Origin: Bacillota bacterium
Lineage (GTDB): Bacteria; Bacillota; UBA5301; Bu52
Reading direction: 5' to 3'
Assembly: GCA_014896355.1 (NCBI GenBank)
Contig: JADBKO010000003.1
Coordinates: 26,077-90,076, forward strand
Length of the DNA stretch: 64,000 nt
The notes under the pieces were generated by a model that made no database searches, was not told where the DNA came from, and saw nothing but the letters and a program-made list of their open reading frames with translations. This document shows, piece by piece, positions 55,857 through 64,000 of the stretch. Position numbers and translations under genes: made by a program. Each line of letters begins with the position of its first letter. Within the stretch, counting starts at the first letter, position 1.

Positions 55857-56205
55857 CCAACCAGATCTATAAGCCGGATTCTGTCTAGGTGATCATCTAT
55901 CTATGGCCGCAGTTGCCTGTGGCCTTGAGCGACGTTACCCGAGGGAAAGGCGGGCCACCTTGTCTCCCTCCTACGCAGTCTTGCTCCGGGTGGGGTTTAC
56001 CAAGCCATCCAGTCGCCTGGATGCTGGTGCGCTCTTACCGCACCGTTTCATCCTTACCTGGCCCACAGGCCAGGCGGTTTGTTTTCTGTGACACTTTCCT
56101 TGGGGTCGCCCCCACTGGACGTTATCCAGCACCCTGCCCTGCGGAGTCCGGACTTTCCTCGTACCGGCGGCGGATGCCCCGGCACGCGATCACCCAATCT
56201 GGTTT
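55857..56205 (-). ncRNA. rnpB: RNase P RNA, bacterial type A
   Basis: The minus strand contains GAGGAAAGTCCGGACTCCGCAGGGCAGGGTGCTGGATAACG, ACAGAAAACAAACCGCC, GGTAAGGATGAAACGGTGCGGTAAGAGCGCACC, GGTAAACCCCACCCGGAGCAAG and the 3' ACAGAATCCGGCTTAT. P1 (AACCAGAT/ATCTGGTT) and P2 (GGTGATC/GATCACC) pair as expected. Confidence 0.9.
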
Positions 56206-56236
56206 CGCTCGTTCCGTTTTTCTTACTGTACCCTGG

Positions 56237-56267
56237 AGTATACCAGCTCATCCCAGCGGATGGTCAA
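56237..56267 (-). promoter_or_regulatory. candidate rnpB promoter
   Basis: The minus strand reads TTGACC-(19 nt)-TATACT, with TGG just upstream of the -10 (extended -10 TGGTATACT). Confidence 0.5.
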
Positions 56268-56308
56268 GTACCATACCAGAGACTTCCTGGTTTGCCAGGA
56301 ATAAGAAT

Positions 56309-56338
56309 AAAGAAAAACCCTGAACAAGGTCGTCAGGG
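56309..56338 (-). terminator. terminator after the tRNA-like gene
   Basis: The minus strand reads CCCTGA-CGACCTTGT-TCAGGG followed by TTTTTCTTT, 15 nt after the encoded CCA. A second perfect hairpin, TTCCTGG-CAAA-CCAGGAA, follows at 56284..56301. Confidence 0.7.
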
Positions 56339-56353
56339 AGAATCACGAAGAGG

Positions 56354-56431
56354 TGGTGGGCCTACGGGATTCCCGAGACCTGCGACCAATGGATTATGAG
56401 TCCACTGCTCTGACCGCTGAGCTAAGGGCCC
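56354..56431 (-). tRNA. tRNA-Met(CAT)-like gene with a non-canonical T-arm/acceptor 3' half
   Basis: The minus strand is GGGCCCTTAGCTCAGCGGTCAGAGCAGTGGACTCATAATCCATTGGTCGCAGGTCTCGGGAATCCCGTAGGCCCACCA. The D-arm, anticodon arm (CAT) and variable loop are canonical, and CCA is encoded. I cannot fold the T-arm canonically (see findings). Confidence 0.6.
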
Positions 56432-56443
56432 ACTCGCCGTCTC

Positions 56444-56476
56444 ATTTTAGCATATCCATGCCGGCGGCGAAAGGCC
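56444..56476 (-). promoter_or_regulatory. candidate promoter of the tRNA-like gene (extended -10)
   Basis: The minus strand has TGCTAAAAT (TGn + TAAAAT) ending about 12 nt upstream of the tRNA 5' end. The -35 is weak (TTTCGC). Confidence 0.5.
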
Positions 56477-56532
56477 GGGGCGCTTTCTCGACCGATCAGC
56501 CGGTGTCCGGCAGCCGTCCAGCCTCTCCTGCT

Positions 56533-57702
56533 TCAATCCAGGAAATCCTTGAGTTTACGGCTACGGCTGGGATGTCGTAGTTTGCGCAGAGCCTTGGCCT
56601 CAATCTGGCGGATCCGTTCCCTGGTCACGCCAAACGCCTGGCCCACTTCTTCCAGGGTCCGGGTCCGCCCGTCATCCAGGCCGAAGCGCAGGCGCAGCAC
56701 CCGCTCCTCCCGGGGGTTGAGGGTATCGAGGACATCCTCCAGCTGCTCTTTAAGCAGATGAAAAGCAGCCCGTTCCGCCGGCGCCGGCGCGTCATCATCG
56801 GGGATGAAGTCACCCAGATGGCTGTCTTCCTCCTCCCCGATGGGCGTCTCTAGAGAAACCGGCTCCTGCGCCACCTTCTGTATCTCCCGCACCCGCTCTA
56901 CCGGCATGCCCATTTCCTTGGCGATCTCCTCGGGCGTGGGGTCACGCCCCAGCTCCTGCAACAACTGGCGGTGCACCCGGATCAGTTTATTGATGGTCTC
57001 CACCATATGCACAGGGATCCGGATGGTGCGGGCCTGGTCTGCGATGGCCCGGGTGATGGCCTGCCGGATCCACCAGGTGGCATAGGTGCTGAACTTATAC
57101 CCCTTCCGGTAGTCGAACTTCTCCACAGCCTTCAAAAGGCCAAGATTGCCTTCCTGGATCAGGTCGAGAAACAGCATCCCCCTGCCCACATAACGCTTGG
57201 CAATGCTGACCACCAAACGCAGATTGGCCTCCGTCAGGCGGCGTTTGGCCTCTTCGTCCCCGGCTTCGATGCGCTTGGCCAGCTCTACCTCTTCCTGAGG
57301 CGTCAAAAGGGGTACGCGCCCGATCTCCTTCAGATACATGCGGACCGGATCGTCCAGGCTGATCCCTTCCGGGATGCTCAGATCGACGTCTTCCGGTTCC
57401 TCTGTGCCCAGCTCGGGTATGGCTTCATCTGCAGGTGCAGATGCTGCTTCGTCGGGCTCCGGCTCAGGCATGTCGCCCACGATGTCGATCCCCATCTGAG
57501 CCAGGGCCTCGTAGACCCCATCAATCTGCTCTGGAGAGAGATCCACGTTTTGGAGCGCATCCATGATCTCCCGATAGGACAGGTTGCCTTTCTTTTTGCC
57601 GCGTTCGATCAGCTCTTTCAAACCGGCAACCTGATCCAAACTGTGCTTGCTAATGTTGCTCCCTCCCTCCCCGCGAAAGCTGGGCCACGCGATAAGCCTC
57701 AT
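56533..57702 (-). CDS. sigA: primary sigma factor SigA/RpoD
   Basis: Regions 1.2-4.2 are textbook ([72 protein letters not shown]; [29 protein letters not shown]). The track ATG 57702 overlaps dnaG by 53 nt. A strong RBS, GGAGGGAGGGAG, sits just before an in-frame ATT at 57654, so the real start may be there. Confidence 0.9.
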   Translation of the reverse strand: MRLIAWPSFRGEGGSNISKHSLDQVAGLKELIERGKKKGNLSYREIMDALQNVDLSPEQIDGVYEALAQMGIDIVGDMPEPEPDEAASAPADEAIPELGTEEPEDVDLSIPEGISLDDPVRMYLKEIGRVPLLTPQEEVELAKRIEAGDEEAKRRLTEANLRLVVSIAKRYVGRGMLFLDLIQEGNLGLLKAVEKFDYRKGYKFSTYATWWIRQAITRAIADQARTIRIPVHMVETINKLIRVHRQLLQELGRDPTPEEIAKEMGMPVERVREIQKVAQEPVSLETPIGEEEDSHLGDFIPDDDAPAPAERAAFHLLKEQLEDVLDTLNPREERVLRLRFGLDDGRTRTLEEVGQAFGVTRERIRQIEAKALRKLRHPSRSRKLKDFLD

Positions 57703-59578
57703 CCCGTAGGATTTTATATTTCCTCAAGGCATCCACTAATCCTGCCACCAATGTGTTGGGATTATTCGCATTGTCCTGGTCACCCGACCTGGACCCCTGA
57801 GCCGGCTCGTTGACTTGCGGGCCACGGGGCGCACGCAAAACGGCGGCCAGGCGCCGTTCCAGAAGCGAAAAATCTCTCTGCCACGCCTCCAGCCGCCTTT
57901 CCGTCCTCTGCCGTAAGAGCTGCCTGAGGATCGCCAGCGGCCGCGGGGGCAGCGGAGCGGCCGCATCTGCGGCGGCCAGGACAGCAGCCAGTGCAGGGGC
58001 GGCACCGGTATCCAAGGTTTCCTGTAAAGCCATGCCATCCAGGCGGCCCGCTTGCTCCCATTGGCGGATCATGGCCTCCGCCAGCTGGCGCCATTGGGCG
58101 TTCTCAAACAAGTCCGCGCCGCCGTAGTGCACCAGCTCAGACAGGGCCTGTGGCTGGCGTATCAGGTCCACCAGCAACTGCTTCTCCCAGTCCGGCTGCC
58201 CCACCAACCCCGCTGCCGCCTTCGAAGCATATTCGTAGCTAGTATGCGCACCGCGGTCTATAGTATGCTCTGCCGGGGCGCCGTTGCGTTGGCGGGCCAG
58301 ATAGCGGCGCAGATCGGACCGCAGCGCATGGGCAGGCACTTGCAGTCTTGCGGCCGCCCACTCAATATACGCCTCGCGTTCTACAGCTTTGACCAACGCC
58401 GCAAGAATCGGCAACACCTCCTGCTCAGCCTGCACTTTCTGCTGCACATCCTGCAGGTCCCTGCCGGAGAGCACAGTGCCCAGCAAGTACTCAGGAAGGG
58501 GGAGGGCTTGTTCCACCCTCTCCTCCCAGGCCTCTCTGCCCCTCTTGTGCAGGAAACTGTCCGGGTCTTCGCCCGCCGGCAGCAACAAGACCCGGGCAGT
58601 CAGCGCCTGTCCCGCCAAAGACTGCAGGGCGCGGAACACAGCTTGGCGCCCGGCGGGATCGGCATCGAAACTGAGGACAACCTCTTGGGTATAACGTCCC
58701 AAAAGCATGCCCTGTTCCCGGGTGAACGCCGTTCCCAAGGTGGCCACCACATACTGCGCACCAAACTGATGGCAGGTCAGGACATCCATGTACCCCTCCA
58801 CCACCAGCGCCAACCCCCGGGAACGGATGGCATCCTGCGCCAGATCCAACGCGAACAAATGCCTGCCCTTGTGAAAAAGGGGGGTTTCCGGGGAATTGAG
58901 GTACTTCGGCTCGCCGTCCCCCAGCACCCGGCCGCCGAAGGCGATGACCCGGCCCCGGTGATCACGGATGGGAAACATCAGCCGTCCGCGGAACCGGTCC
59001 ATCCATTGCCCACCCTGTCCCGGGAGAATCAAACCGGCTGCTTCCGCCTCCCGGGCAGTGAACCCTCTCCGCTCCAGCGCCCGCCAGAGCAGATCGCCAT
59101 CCGGCGGAGCATATCCAAGCCCGAATCTCTGCAGCGACGTCTGATCGATGCCGCGGCCCTGGATATAGCGCCAGACCGGGTGAGCCGGCGGAGCCTGGCG
59201 TAACACGTATTGATAGTACCGTGCGGCCAGGTCCAGGGCCTCCAGCAACCGGCTGTGAGCGGGCCCGCCGGCTCCCGCTTGTCCATTTCCAGGCCAATCG
59301 ATGCCGGCCCGCTCCGCCAGAATGCGGGCGGCGTCCAGGAAGTCGACGTTTTCGATTTTCATGATGAAGGAGAACACATCGCCGCCGACGCCGCACCCGA
59401 AACAATGGAAAAGCTGCCGCTCGCGGCTCACGTGGAAAGACGGGGTCCGCTCCCCGTGAAAAGGGCACAGCCCTTTCAGCGACCGCCCAGCCGGCTGAAG
59501 CCGCACGTACTCCCCGATGACATCCACGATATCGTTTTTCCTGCGGATTTCCTCGATGAGCTCGTTCCGGCGGATAAT
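57650..59578 (-). CDS. dnaG: DNA primase
   Basis: It has the CHC2 zinc finger [34 protein letters not shown], a TOPRIM core (LVVEGYMDV) and a C-terminal helicase-interaction region. Conserved N-terminal residues (I)[17 protein letters not shown] lie upstream of the first canonical start (GTG 59527). The proposed start is ATT 59578, with AAGGAGAGG about 8 nt upstream. Confidence 0.85.
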   Translation of the reverse strand: MIRRNELIEEIRRKNDIVDVIGEYVRLQPAGRSLKGLCPFHGERTPSFHVSRERQLFHCFGCGVGGDVFSFIMKIENVDFLDAARILAERAGIDWPGNGQAGAGGPAHSRLLEALDLAARYYQYVLRQAPPAHPVWRYIQGRGIDQTSLQRFGLGYAPPDGDLLWRALERRGFTAREAEAAGLILPGQGGQWMDRFRGRLMFPIRDHRGRVIAFGGRVLGDGEPKYLNSPETPLFHKGRHLFALDLAQDAIRSRGLALVVEGYMDVLTCHQFGAQYVVATLGTAFTREQGMLLGRYTQEVVLSFDADPAGRQAVFRALQSLAGQALTARVLLLPAGEDPDSFLHKRGREAWEERVEQALPLPEYLLGTVLSGRDLQDVQQKVQAEQEVLPILAALVKAVEREAYIEWAAARLQVPAHALRSDLRRYLARQRNGAPAEHTIDRGAHTSYEYASKAAAGLVGQPDWEKQLLVDLIRQPQALSELVHYGGADLFENAQWRQLAEAMIRQWEQAGRLDGMALQETLDTGAAPALAAVLAAADAAAPLPPRPLAILRQLLRQRTERRLEAWQRDFSLLERRLAAVLRAPRGPQVNEPAQGSRSGDQDNANNPNTLVAGLVDALRKYKILRDEAYRVAQLSRGGREQH

Positions 59579-59665
59579 GCACCAGCCTCTCCTTCGGCAA
59601 TGGCTGAGATGGCCCGGACCCCGGCCCCACCGCCCCCCCGCCTCAGGGACCGCGGCCGGGCCGCC

Positions 59666-60781
59666 CTAGTCCACGTTCAGCCCCTGCCATCCGCTGGGCA
59701 CGAAAATGCGCATATATTGGCGGATGGCAAAACGGTCAGTCATTCCGGCGATAAAGTCCACAGCCCGCCGTTCCACAGGTTCGGGCTCCACTTTCCCCTG
59801 CCACTCCGCAGGCTCGGGCGGCATCTCGCCCGGATGGTCGACATAGTAGGAAAAAAGCGACCGCAACACGCCAGCGACCTTGGCTTCTTCCGCCTTCGCC
59901 AGGGAACCCACATAGACCCTTTGAAACAGGAAGCTGCGCAAATCATCCATGGCCTCGCCCACCTCAGGGCTGAGCCGGATCACCTCCTGCTCCCAGCTGG
60001 CCTTCACCAGATCCCGGACCAGCGTGTTGATCCGGGCGGAGCCCGATGGACCCAGGAGCCCTACGGGGCCGGGCGGTAGATCCTGGGGCTGCAGCAATCC
60101 GGCCCGCACGGCGTCATCGATGTCGTGGTTGATGTAGGCGATGCGGTCCGCCAGCCTCACAATCTGCCCCTCCAAAGTGGCCGGCAGTCCGGGGCCCGTG
60201 TGGTGGAGGATCCCATCCCGCACCTCCCAGGTCAGGTTCAGCCCTGGGAAACGCGGGTCGTGGTGCTCCAGCCTCTCCACCACCCGCAGGCTCTGCTCAT
60301 TATGACGGAACCCCGCGGGAATCATCCGGCTCATGGCCGCCTCCCCCGCGTGACCAAACGGAGTATGTCCCAGATCGTGACCCAGGGCGATGGCCTCCGT
60401 CAGGTCCTCGTTGAGGCGCAAAGCCCGGGCCACGGTGCGGGCAATCTGCGCCACCTCCAGAGTATGGGTCAGGCGGGTCCGGTAATGGTCCCCTTCCGGG
60501 GCGATGAAAACCTGCGTCTTGTGCTTCAGGCGGCGGAACGCCTTGCTGTGTAGAATCCGGTCCCGATCCCTCTGGAAGGCCGTGCGGAGATCGCACTCCT
60601 CCTCCGGCCAGCGGCGGCCCTGGCTTTGCCGGCTTTTGCACGCCAGCGGCGAAAGGGTTTGCTCCTCCAGGCTCTCCAGATAACGGCGAATCCCGGCACC
60701 GCCGGGAGTGTCCGGCCTCCTGGGCAGCGCCTTCCCGTTCGGCCCCGAGGGACCGCATCCCTCGCCCGCCCCTATGCCCAC
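59666..60781 (-). CDS. dgt: dGTPase-like HD-domain triphosphohydrolase
   Basis: The sequence is FQRDRDRILHSKAFRRLKHKTQVF...HYRTRLTHTLEVAQIARTVARAL...GHDLGHTPFGHAGE. The preferred start GTG 60781 (GGAGG 7 nt upstream) lies just downstream of the ppdK terminator. Confidence 0.85.
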   Translation of the reverse strand: MGIGAGEGCGPSGPNGKALPRRPDTPGGAGIRRYLESLEEQTLSPLACKSRQSQGRRWPEEECDLRTAFQRDRDRILHSKAFRRLKHKTQVFIAPEGDHYRTRLTHTLEVAQIARTVARALRLNEDLTEAIALGHDLGHTPFGHAGEAAMSRMIPAGFRHNEQSLRVVERLEHHDPRFPGLNLTWEVRDGILHHTGPGLPATLEGQIVRLADRIAYINHDIDDAVRAGLLQPQDLPPGPVGLLGPSGSARINTLVRDLVKASWEQEVIRLSPEVGEAMDDLRSFLFQRVYVGSLAKAEEAKVAGVLRSLFSYYVDHPGEMPPEPAEWQGKVEPEPVERRAVDFIAGMTDRFAIRQYMRIFVPSGWQGLNVD

Positions 60782-60796
60782 ACCGGCACCTCCCCC

Positions 60797-60832
60797 AGAA
60801 AAAAGCAGCCCGCTCACCAGAGAGCGGGCTAC
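60797..60832 (-). terminator. rho-independent terminator of ppdK
   Basis: The minus strand reads AGCCCGCTC-TCTGGT-GAGCGGGCT followed by GCTTTTTTCT. Confidence 0.8.
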
Positions 60833-60900
60833 TCGGAATCCCTTCACGCACGGGACAGCGGCCGGCCGGGCCCTGGGGGCGGCCCGCCCGCCTCCAGGGC

Positions 60901-63537
60901 TCAGGCTTTCTTCTCTTCCAACACCGCGTGGGCCGCAGCCAACCGGGCCACAGGCACCCGGTACGGAGAGCAGCTCACGTAGTTCAACCCGGCACGGTGG
61001 CAGAACTTCACAGACTCCGGATCTCCGCCGTGCTCCCCGCAGATGCCTACCCGCAGATCCGGCCGGGATTTACGGCCTTCGGCCACCGCCATCTGAATCA
61101 GCTTGCCGACGCCTTCCTGATCCAGGGTCCGGAACGGATCCTGCGGGAGGATCTCCTTTTGCAGATACACCGGCAAGAAGGTTCCCTGGGCATCGTCGCG
61201 ACTGTAGCCGAAGGTCATCTGGGTCAGGTCATTGGTCCCGAAGGAGAAGAATTCTGCCTCCTTGGCAATGTCTCCTGCCGCCAAGGCCGCCCGTGGCACC
61301 TCGATCATGGTCCCCACCTTGTAGGCGAACTTCACGCCCAGCCGGTCTTGCGTTTCCTTGGCGATGGCGTCACAGCGCCGGCGCAGGTCCTTCATCTCCG
61401 CCAGGGTGCCGACCAATGGCATCATGACCTCGGGATGCACAGCGTGGCCCTCTTTCACCAATTCACCAGCGGCCTCGAAAATGGCCCGCATCTGCATGTC
61501 GTAGATCTCCGGATAGAGGATGCCCAGACGGCAGCCGCGCAGTCCCAGCATGGGGTTGAATTCCTTCAGGCTTTCCACCTTGTTGCGCAGCGCCTCCGCC
61601 GACACACCCATCTCTTTGGCCAGTTCCACGATGAGATCCTCTTCGTGCGGCAGGAACTCATGCAGCGGCGGATCCAGCAGCCGGATGGTCACCGGCAACC
61701 CTTCCATGGCCAGGAAGATCTCGCGGAAGTCCTGTTTCTGCATGGGCTCAATCTTCGCCAGAGCTTTCGCCCGGCCTTCGCTGTCCTCTGCTAGGATCAT
61801 CTCACGGACAGCACGGATGCGGTCTGCCGCGAAGAACATATGCTCCGTGCGGCACAGCCCCACGCCCTGGGCGCCCAGCTCCCGGGCCACTTTGGCATCG
61901 TGCGGCGTGTCGGCATTGGCCTCCACCCCGAGTTTGCGAATCTCGTCGGCCCAGCTCATGAGAGTGGCGAAATCCCCCCCCAGGCGAGGCTCGATCATTT
62001 TGGCCTGGCCGAGGATGACCTCACCCGTGGTGCCGTTCAGCGAGATCCAATCGCCCTCCCGGATTACGCGGCCATTGACATGAAAGACCTTTTTGTCTTC
62101 CTCGACGCGGATGGCACCGCATCCCACCACGGCACACTTGCCCATGCCGCGGCTCACAACCGCCGCATGGGAGGTCATGCCCCCGCGGGAGGTCAGAATC
62201 CCCTGGGCCGCGTGCATGCCGCCGATGTCTTCGGGTGAGGTCTCCGAACGGACCAAGATGACCTTCTCTTTGCGGGCAGCCCAAGCCTCCGCGTCATCGG
62301 CGCTGAACACCACCCGGCCCACGGCGGCGCCGGGCGACGCTGGCAATCCTTTGGCGATGACTTCCAGCTTCTGATCCGGATCGATCATGGGATGCAGGAG
62401 CTGGACAATCTGGTCCGGCTCCACACGCTTCACCGCCGTGGCCTTGTCGATGAGCCCTTCTTTCACCATGTCTACGGCGATCTTCACTGCAGCCATGGCC
62501 GTGCGCTTGCCGGAACGGGTCTGCAGCATGAACAGCCGGCCGTTCTCCACGGTGAACTCGATATCCTGCATGTCCTTGTAATGCGCTTCCAGCCGCTGGT
62601 AGATCTCCTTGAGCTGGTTGTACGCGCTGGGCAGGGTCTGCTCCAGAGCTGCGATGGGCTGGGGCGTACGGATGCCAGCCACCACGTCTTCGCCCTGGGC
62701 ATTGATGAGGAACTCGCCGTAGAACTGCTTCTCACCGGTGGACGGGTTCCGGGTGAACGCCACGCCTGTGCCGGAGGTATCCCCCAGGTTGCCGAAGACC
62801 ATGGCCTGGACATTCACGGCGGTTCCCCAATCGCCGGGGATGTTGTTCAGTTCGCGGTACTTAATGGCCCGGGGATTGTTCCAGGAACCGAACACCGCGT
62901 TGATGGCGCCTTTCAGCTGCTCCCAGGGTTCCTCCGGGAAGGGCTTACCCGTGGCCTTGAGGACCAACGCCTTGTACTTTGCGACCAGGTCCTTCCAGTC
63001 TTCAGCGGTGAGCTCCGTATCCAGCTCCACGCCGCGCTCATGCTTCTTCTCATCGATGAGCTTTTCGAATTCGGCGTGCGGTACCCCCAGCACCACGTCG
63101 CTGTACATCTGCACGAAGCGGCGGTAGCTGTCATAGGCAAAACGCTCGTTGCCGCTTTGCTCCACCAGCCCCCGGACGGTGATATCGTTCAGGCCCAGGT
63201 TCAGGATGGTATCCATCATTCCCGGCATGGAAACCCGCGCACCGGACCGGACGGAAACCAGCAGGGGGTTGTGGGGATCATTGAACTTCTTGCCCATGGC
63301 CTGCTCCAACTTGGCCATGTTCTGACGGATTTCATCCTCCAGCCCGGCGGGCCACTGCTGGTTGTTGGTGTAGTACACGGTGCACACTTCTGTGGTGATG
63401 GTGAACCCGGGAGGAACAGGGATGCCCAGGTTTGTCATCTCGGCCAAACCGGCACCTTTGCCACCCAGCAGATTGCGCATCTCTGCCGAGCCCTCGGCCT
63501 TGCCGTTGCCGAAGAAGTAGACGTATTTTGGCGCCAT
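60901..63537 (-). CDS. ppdK: pyruvate, phosphate dikinase
   Basis: ATG 63537 ([34 protein letters not shown]) has GGAGG 7 nt upstream. The phospho-histidine region is [18 protein letters not shown]. The C-terminal PEP-utilising TIM barrel reads [13 protein letters not shown] and ICGEHGGDP. Confidence 0.95.
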   Translation of the reverse strand: MAPKYVYFFGNGKAEGSAEMRNLLGGKGAGLAEMTNLGIPVPPGFTITTEVCTVYYTNNQQWPAGLEDEIRQNMAKLEQAMGKKFNDPHNPLLVSVRSGARVSMPGMMDTILNLGLNDITVRGLVEQSGNERFAYDSYRRFVQMYSDVVLGVPHAEFEKLIDEKKHERGVELDTELTAEDWKDLVAKYKALVLKATGKPFPEEPWEQLKGAINAVFGSWNNPRAIKYRELNNIPGDWGTAVNVQAMVFGNLGDTSGTGVAFTRNPSTGEKQFYGEFLINAQGEDVVAGIRTPQPIAALEQTLPSAYNQLKEIYQRLEAHYKDMQDIEFTVENGRLFMLQTRSGKRTAMAAVKIAVDMVKEGLIDKATAVKRVEPDQIVQLLHPMIDPDQKLEVIAKGLPASPGAAVGRVVFSADDAEAWAARKEKVILVRSETSPEDIGGMHAAQGILTSRGGMTSHAAVVSRGMGKCAVVGCGAIRVEEDKKVFHVNGRVIREGDWISLNGTTGEVILGQAKMIEPRLGGDFATLMSWADEIRKLGVEANADTPHDAKVARELGAQGVGLCRTEHMFFAADRIRAVREMILAEDSEGRAKALAKIEPMQKQDFREIFLAMEGLPVTIRLLDPPLHEFLPHEEDLIVELAKEMGVSAEALRNKVESLKEFNPMLGLRGCRLGILYPEIYDMQMRAIFEAAGELVKEGHAVHPEVMMPLVGTLAEMKDLRRRCDAIAKETQDRLGVKFAYKVGTMIEVPRAALAAGDIAKEAEFFSFGTNDLTQMTFGYSRDDAQGTFLPVYLQKEILPQDPFRTLDQEGVGKLIQMAVAEGRKSRPDLRVGICGEHGGDPESVKFCHRAGLNYVSCSPYRVPVARLAAAHAVLEEKKA

Positions 63538-63837
63538 GTTCATACCTCCATATCTTGACACAAAAACAACGCCCCAGGGGCCCTTGCCACCTCAGGCGCC
63601 GAAAAGACATTTTGGATTTAGCCTTTCGCCATCCTACCAACGTTTCCTGCTGCTTCCTGGGCACACAACCGAATTCCCAACTTTGATTCTTGACAAACGA
63701 ATGACAAAGTCCCCAACCAGGGCGTAACCGCAAGAGGCCGCAGCCAGCGTGTGCCGGCTCCGGCCCCTCGGACGTGCCGGCAGGCGGTGCCCTCGCGCCG
63801 GGCCCGGGCTCGCCGGACCCTGCGTCACAGTGCAGCC

Positions 63838-64000
63838 TTACTGCAGAGGCGTCTCAGGGTGCAATACCTCCGCAGCCTCTGCCCGCCCGGTGGGGCTCAA
63901 GCGATCCACCTCGATGCTGCAGTTGGTGGCCAAGGCTGCCACAGTCCCTACGATAGCCAACGTGGGTGCCATGACGGCGGCCACCGCACCGGCAGTGATG
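63838..64000 (-). CDS. 3' end of an unidentified CDS (partial, continues beyond the right edge)
   Basis: The hand-translated frame ends ...ITAGAVAAVMAPTLAIVGTVAALATNCSIEVDRLSPTGRAEAAEVLHPETPLQ* with TAA at 63838..63840. Third-position G+C is coding-like. No family recognised. Confidence 0.4.
   Translation of the reverse strand, partial: ITAGAVAAVMAPTLAIVGTVAALATNCSIEVDRLSPTGRAEAAEVLHPETPLQ

Noticed and set aside
56206-56533. tRNA gene as an integration site of a mobile element or prophage (divergent tRNA 3' end).
   Set aside because: There is no integrase, recombinase, direct repeat of the tRNA 3' end or foreign-looking genes on either side. The neighbours are rnpB and sigA.

Overview
This is 64 kb from a high-GC (roughly two-thirds G+C), endospore-forming Bacillota-type chromosome. 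Every convincing gene except one tiny ORF lies on the minus strand. The many long plus-strand ORFs in the supplied track are Arg/Pro/Gly-rich antisense shadows of real genes. In transcription order (right to left) the window holds: a partial unknown CDS; ppdK; a dGTPase-like HD protein; dnaG; sigA; a tRNA-Met(CAT)-like gene; RNase P RNA (type A); and a dcw cluster mraZ-rsmH-ftsL-PBP(FtsI/SpoVD type)-murE-murF-mraY-ftsW/spoVE-murG-murB-murA-divIB-DUF881-sbp-ftsZ, with no murD and no ftsA. Next come the sporulation block spoIIGA-sigE-sigG-spoIIR; ylmC/ymxH and pgeF; ftsK/spoIIIE; a ymfK-like ACT/P-loop protein; rodZ; glyQS; a split nitrilase + NadE; hslO; a UPF0182 membrane protein; a NUDIX hydrolase; a spoIIP-like gene; and murC. 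These are followed by a SNF2 helicase tightly coupled to a YqhG-like protein with a C-terminal multi-zinc-ribbon module, then the oxidative ornithine degradation cluster ord-ortA-ortB-(spacer)-oraS-oraE-GlmL-like-methyltransferase. The left end is a Tad/Flp pilus locus: two flp pilins missed by the ORF track, a prepilin peptidase, three TadE/TadG pseudopilins, an uncharacterised secreted protein and cpaB. It ends in a CpaC/RcpA secretin gene that runs off the left edge and is also absent from the ORF track. Most of the window is core housekeeping. Four items seem most worth follow-up: the secretin-containing Tad locus in a spore-former, the YqhG-zinc-ribbon/SNF2 pair, an aberrant tRNA-Met-like gene that nevertheless has its own promoter and terminator, and apparent ATT initiation of dnaG (possibly also sigA). 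I saw no CRISPR array, transposase, integrase or recognisable defence island. All calls come from manual reading, hand translation and remembered family motifs. No database search was run, and start codons are uncertain by a few codons.
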